Origin: Eledone cirrhosa
Lineage: Eukaryota
NCBI GenBank assembly: GCA_964016885.1
Contig: CAXHJY010000813.1
Span: 1 to 32,407 of the forward strand
Reading direction: 5' to 3'
Length of the DNA: 32,407 bases
A model generated the notes under the pieces. That model saw only the letters and a program-made list of their open reading frames with translations. It did not search any database and was not told the origin of the DNA. Positions 29,929-32,407 of the stretch are shown piece after piece; position 1 is the first letter of the stretch; each line of letters begins with the position of its first letter. The position numbers were made by a program, and so were the translations under genes.

Positions 29929-30429
29929 GAGAGGTAGCTATATAATGGTAGATATTTATGTGTATATATGTATAATGTAAATATTTGAACATTATTTTTT
30001 TTCTATTGGAAAATTTTGCCTCCTTAAATTAAAATATTCTTATATATACATGCAGGTGTATATATTGACACATATGTACATGTGATATATATTTATATAT
30101 GCGTTTGTGTATATATGTAAATACGTAGAAATATTTTCCAATTTCTCGTTTGGATTTTGTGTAATGTTATGTTGGGTATATAATAAATCCACTGGACTAT
30201 TAATTATTATTGTTATTTTTACGATTATTATTGGTATTATTATTAGTAGTAGTAGTAGTATCAGTAGTAGTGGTGGTGGTAGTAGTAGTATCAGCCGTCA
30301 TTGAATGTTGTCCGTGTATAATAATATAAACTCCATTAGCTTAGAGAACGACAGAGAATGGCGGAAAGGGGAAGGCTGGCTGTCGGCTGATAGCTTTACC
30401 AATGGGGGAGTTGAGTGAACTCAGAGAAG

Positions 30430-31270
30430 GATAGAGAGGGGGGTGAGAGAGTGAGGGTGTGAGAGGTAACGACTGTGTTAGGGAGAGGGGAGGAGAAAGA
30501 TACAGAGTGGGAGAGAGAGTGAGGGTGAGAGAGGTAATGACTGCGATAGAGAGGGGGTGAGAGAGTGAGGGTGTGAGAGGTAATGACTGCGATAGAGAGG
30601 GAGTGAGAGAGTGAGGGTGTGAGAGATAATGACTGCGATAGAGAGGGGGTGAGAGAGTGAGGGTGTGAGAGATAATGACTGCGATAGAGAGGGGGTGAGA
30701 GTGAGGGTGTGAGAGAGGTAATGACTGCGATAGAGAGGGGGTGAGAGAGTGAGGGTGTGAGAGATAATGACAGCGATAGAGAGGGGGTGAGAGAGTGAGG
30801 GTGTGAGAGATAATGACTGCGATAGAGAGGGGGCGAGAGGTAATGACTGTGATAGAGAGAGGGGGAGGTGAAAGATATACAATGGGCGAGAGAGTGAGGG
30901 AGTGAGAGGTAATGACTGTGATAGAGAGAGGGGGAGGTGAAAGATATACAATGGGCGAGAGAGTGAGGGAGTGAGAGGTAATGACTGCGACAGAGGTGGA
31001 GGGAGGTGAATAAACTGAGTGAAAGATATATTGAATGAACGAGAGAGTGAATGTGTGAGAGGGAAAGACTGCAAGAGAAAGAGGGGGAGGGGGAGAGGGG
31101 GAGAGGGGGAGGTGGAGGAACTGAGGAAAAGATAATGTGGGAAAGAGTGAGTGAGTGAGAGGTAATAACTGGGAGAGAGAGGGGGATGAAAGACAGAGAG
31201 AGTGAGGGAATGAGAGGTAATGACTAGGAGAGAGTGAGTGAGGGAGGGAGGGAGGGGTAATGACTGGGAG
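30430..31270. repeat. Purine-rich ~42 bp minisatellite
   Basis: Unit GAGAGGTAATGACTGCGATAGAGAGGGGGTGAGAGAGTGAGGGTGT with variants. Confidence 0.9.
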
Positions 31271-31425
31271 AGAGAGAGGCGTGTGAATAGACTAAGTGAA
31301 AGAGAGAGGGAGAATCTAAACGAGCTGGAGAGTAGTAGTAGCAGGAATCATGAATATACAGAGGGGCTTGGTGGTGCAAAAGGAAGGGGAGTGTGTTATG
31401 ATCACACACACTCTCTCTCTCTCTC

Positions 31426-31468
<43 letters not shown>

Positions 31469-31687
31469 GTCTCTCTCTCACTTTATCTCTGTCTCTCTCT
31501 GTCTCTCTCCCTCTCTCTCTCTATCTCTCTCTCTCCCTGTCTCCCTCTATCTCTCTCTCTCCCTGTCTCCCTCTATCTCTCTCTCTCCCTCTCCATCTAT
31601 CTGACTCTCTCTCTCACTTTATATCTATATATATTTCTCTCTCACTCTCACTATATATATATACCTTTATATATATATATATACCTT

Positions 31688-31748
<61 letters not shown>

Positions 31749-31766
31749 ATATATATATATATATAC

Positions 31767-31834
<68 letters not shown>

Positions 31835-31840
31835 ATATAC

Positions 31841-31907
<67 letters not shown>

Positions 31908-32054
31908 TTCACAGAGTGAGAGAATGAGTGTGTGTTGTTTCAATGTATTTACCTATACGTTTGTGTATGTGTGGTTGTATAGGGTGAAATATGTTACGTA
32001 TGTATATATGTGTATAAACTGGCTGGTAAAGTGGGTGTATATGTTGTTTCATTG

Positions 32055-32290
32055 TGTGTGAGTGTATATATATATGTTGTGTGCGAGTGTATATATATTA
32101 TGTTGTGTGTGAGTGTATATATATATGTTGTGTGTGAGTGTATATATATATGTTCTGTGTGAGTGTATATATATGTTGTGTGTGAGTGTATATATATGTT
32201 GTGTGTGAGTGTATATATATTATGTTGTGTGTGAGTGTATATGTATTATGTTGTGTGTGAGTGTATATGTACTATGTTGTGTGTGATTGA
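32055..32290. repeat. ~25 bp minisatellite GTTGTGTGTGAGTGTATATATATAT
   Basis: About 9 visible units. Confidence 0.9.
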
Positions 32291-32367
32291 GTACAGAGAG
32301 ATGGACGGTATAGAAGGAAAGAAGAAAAGAATGATAGACACAATTATATGAAAAGAAACGGTACACA

Positions 32368-32399
<32 letters not shown>

Positions 32400-32407
32400 C
32401 ATATGTA

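Noticed and set aside
30478-31074. 198 aa S/L/P-rich ORF
   Set aside because: Translation of the 42 bp minisatellite.

Overview
Eukaryotic, extremely AT-rich, repeat-dominated window. Roughly half is pure or interrupted (TA)n, with (TG)n, (GA)n and (GGT/TGT)n tracts and several minisatellites. The interspersed repeats resemble those I recognise from octopus/coleoid cephalopod genomes; this is an inference, not a search result. Almost all ORF-track entries are microsatellite artefacts. Supportable features are two tRNA-headed SINE families (several copies with target-site duplications), 3' remnants of an RTE-like and an L1/Tx1-like LINE, two diverged copies of a probable RTE-type 5' UTR, TTAA-bounded MITE-like elements and a cluster of CTCF-like motifs. 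The most interesting signal is a set of short unique islands inside (TA)n tracts. Three carry well-formed minimal type I hammerhead ribozyme folds (18981-19043 +, 10215-10260 -, 19691-19764 -), several more carry decayed or half cores, and many end in fold-back inverted repeats. This resembles Penelope-like-element pseudo-LTR remnants or non-autonomous ribozyme retroelements associated with (TA)n. A speculative small spliced minus-strand gene (exons 27262-27317 and 27009-27048, possibly 16087-16193) is also noted.
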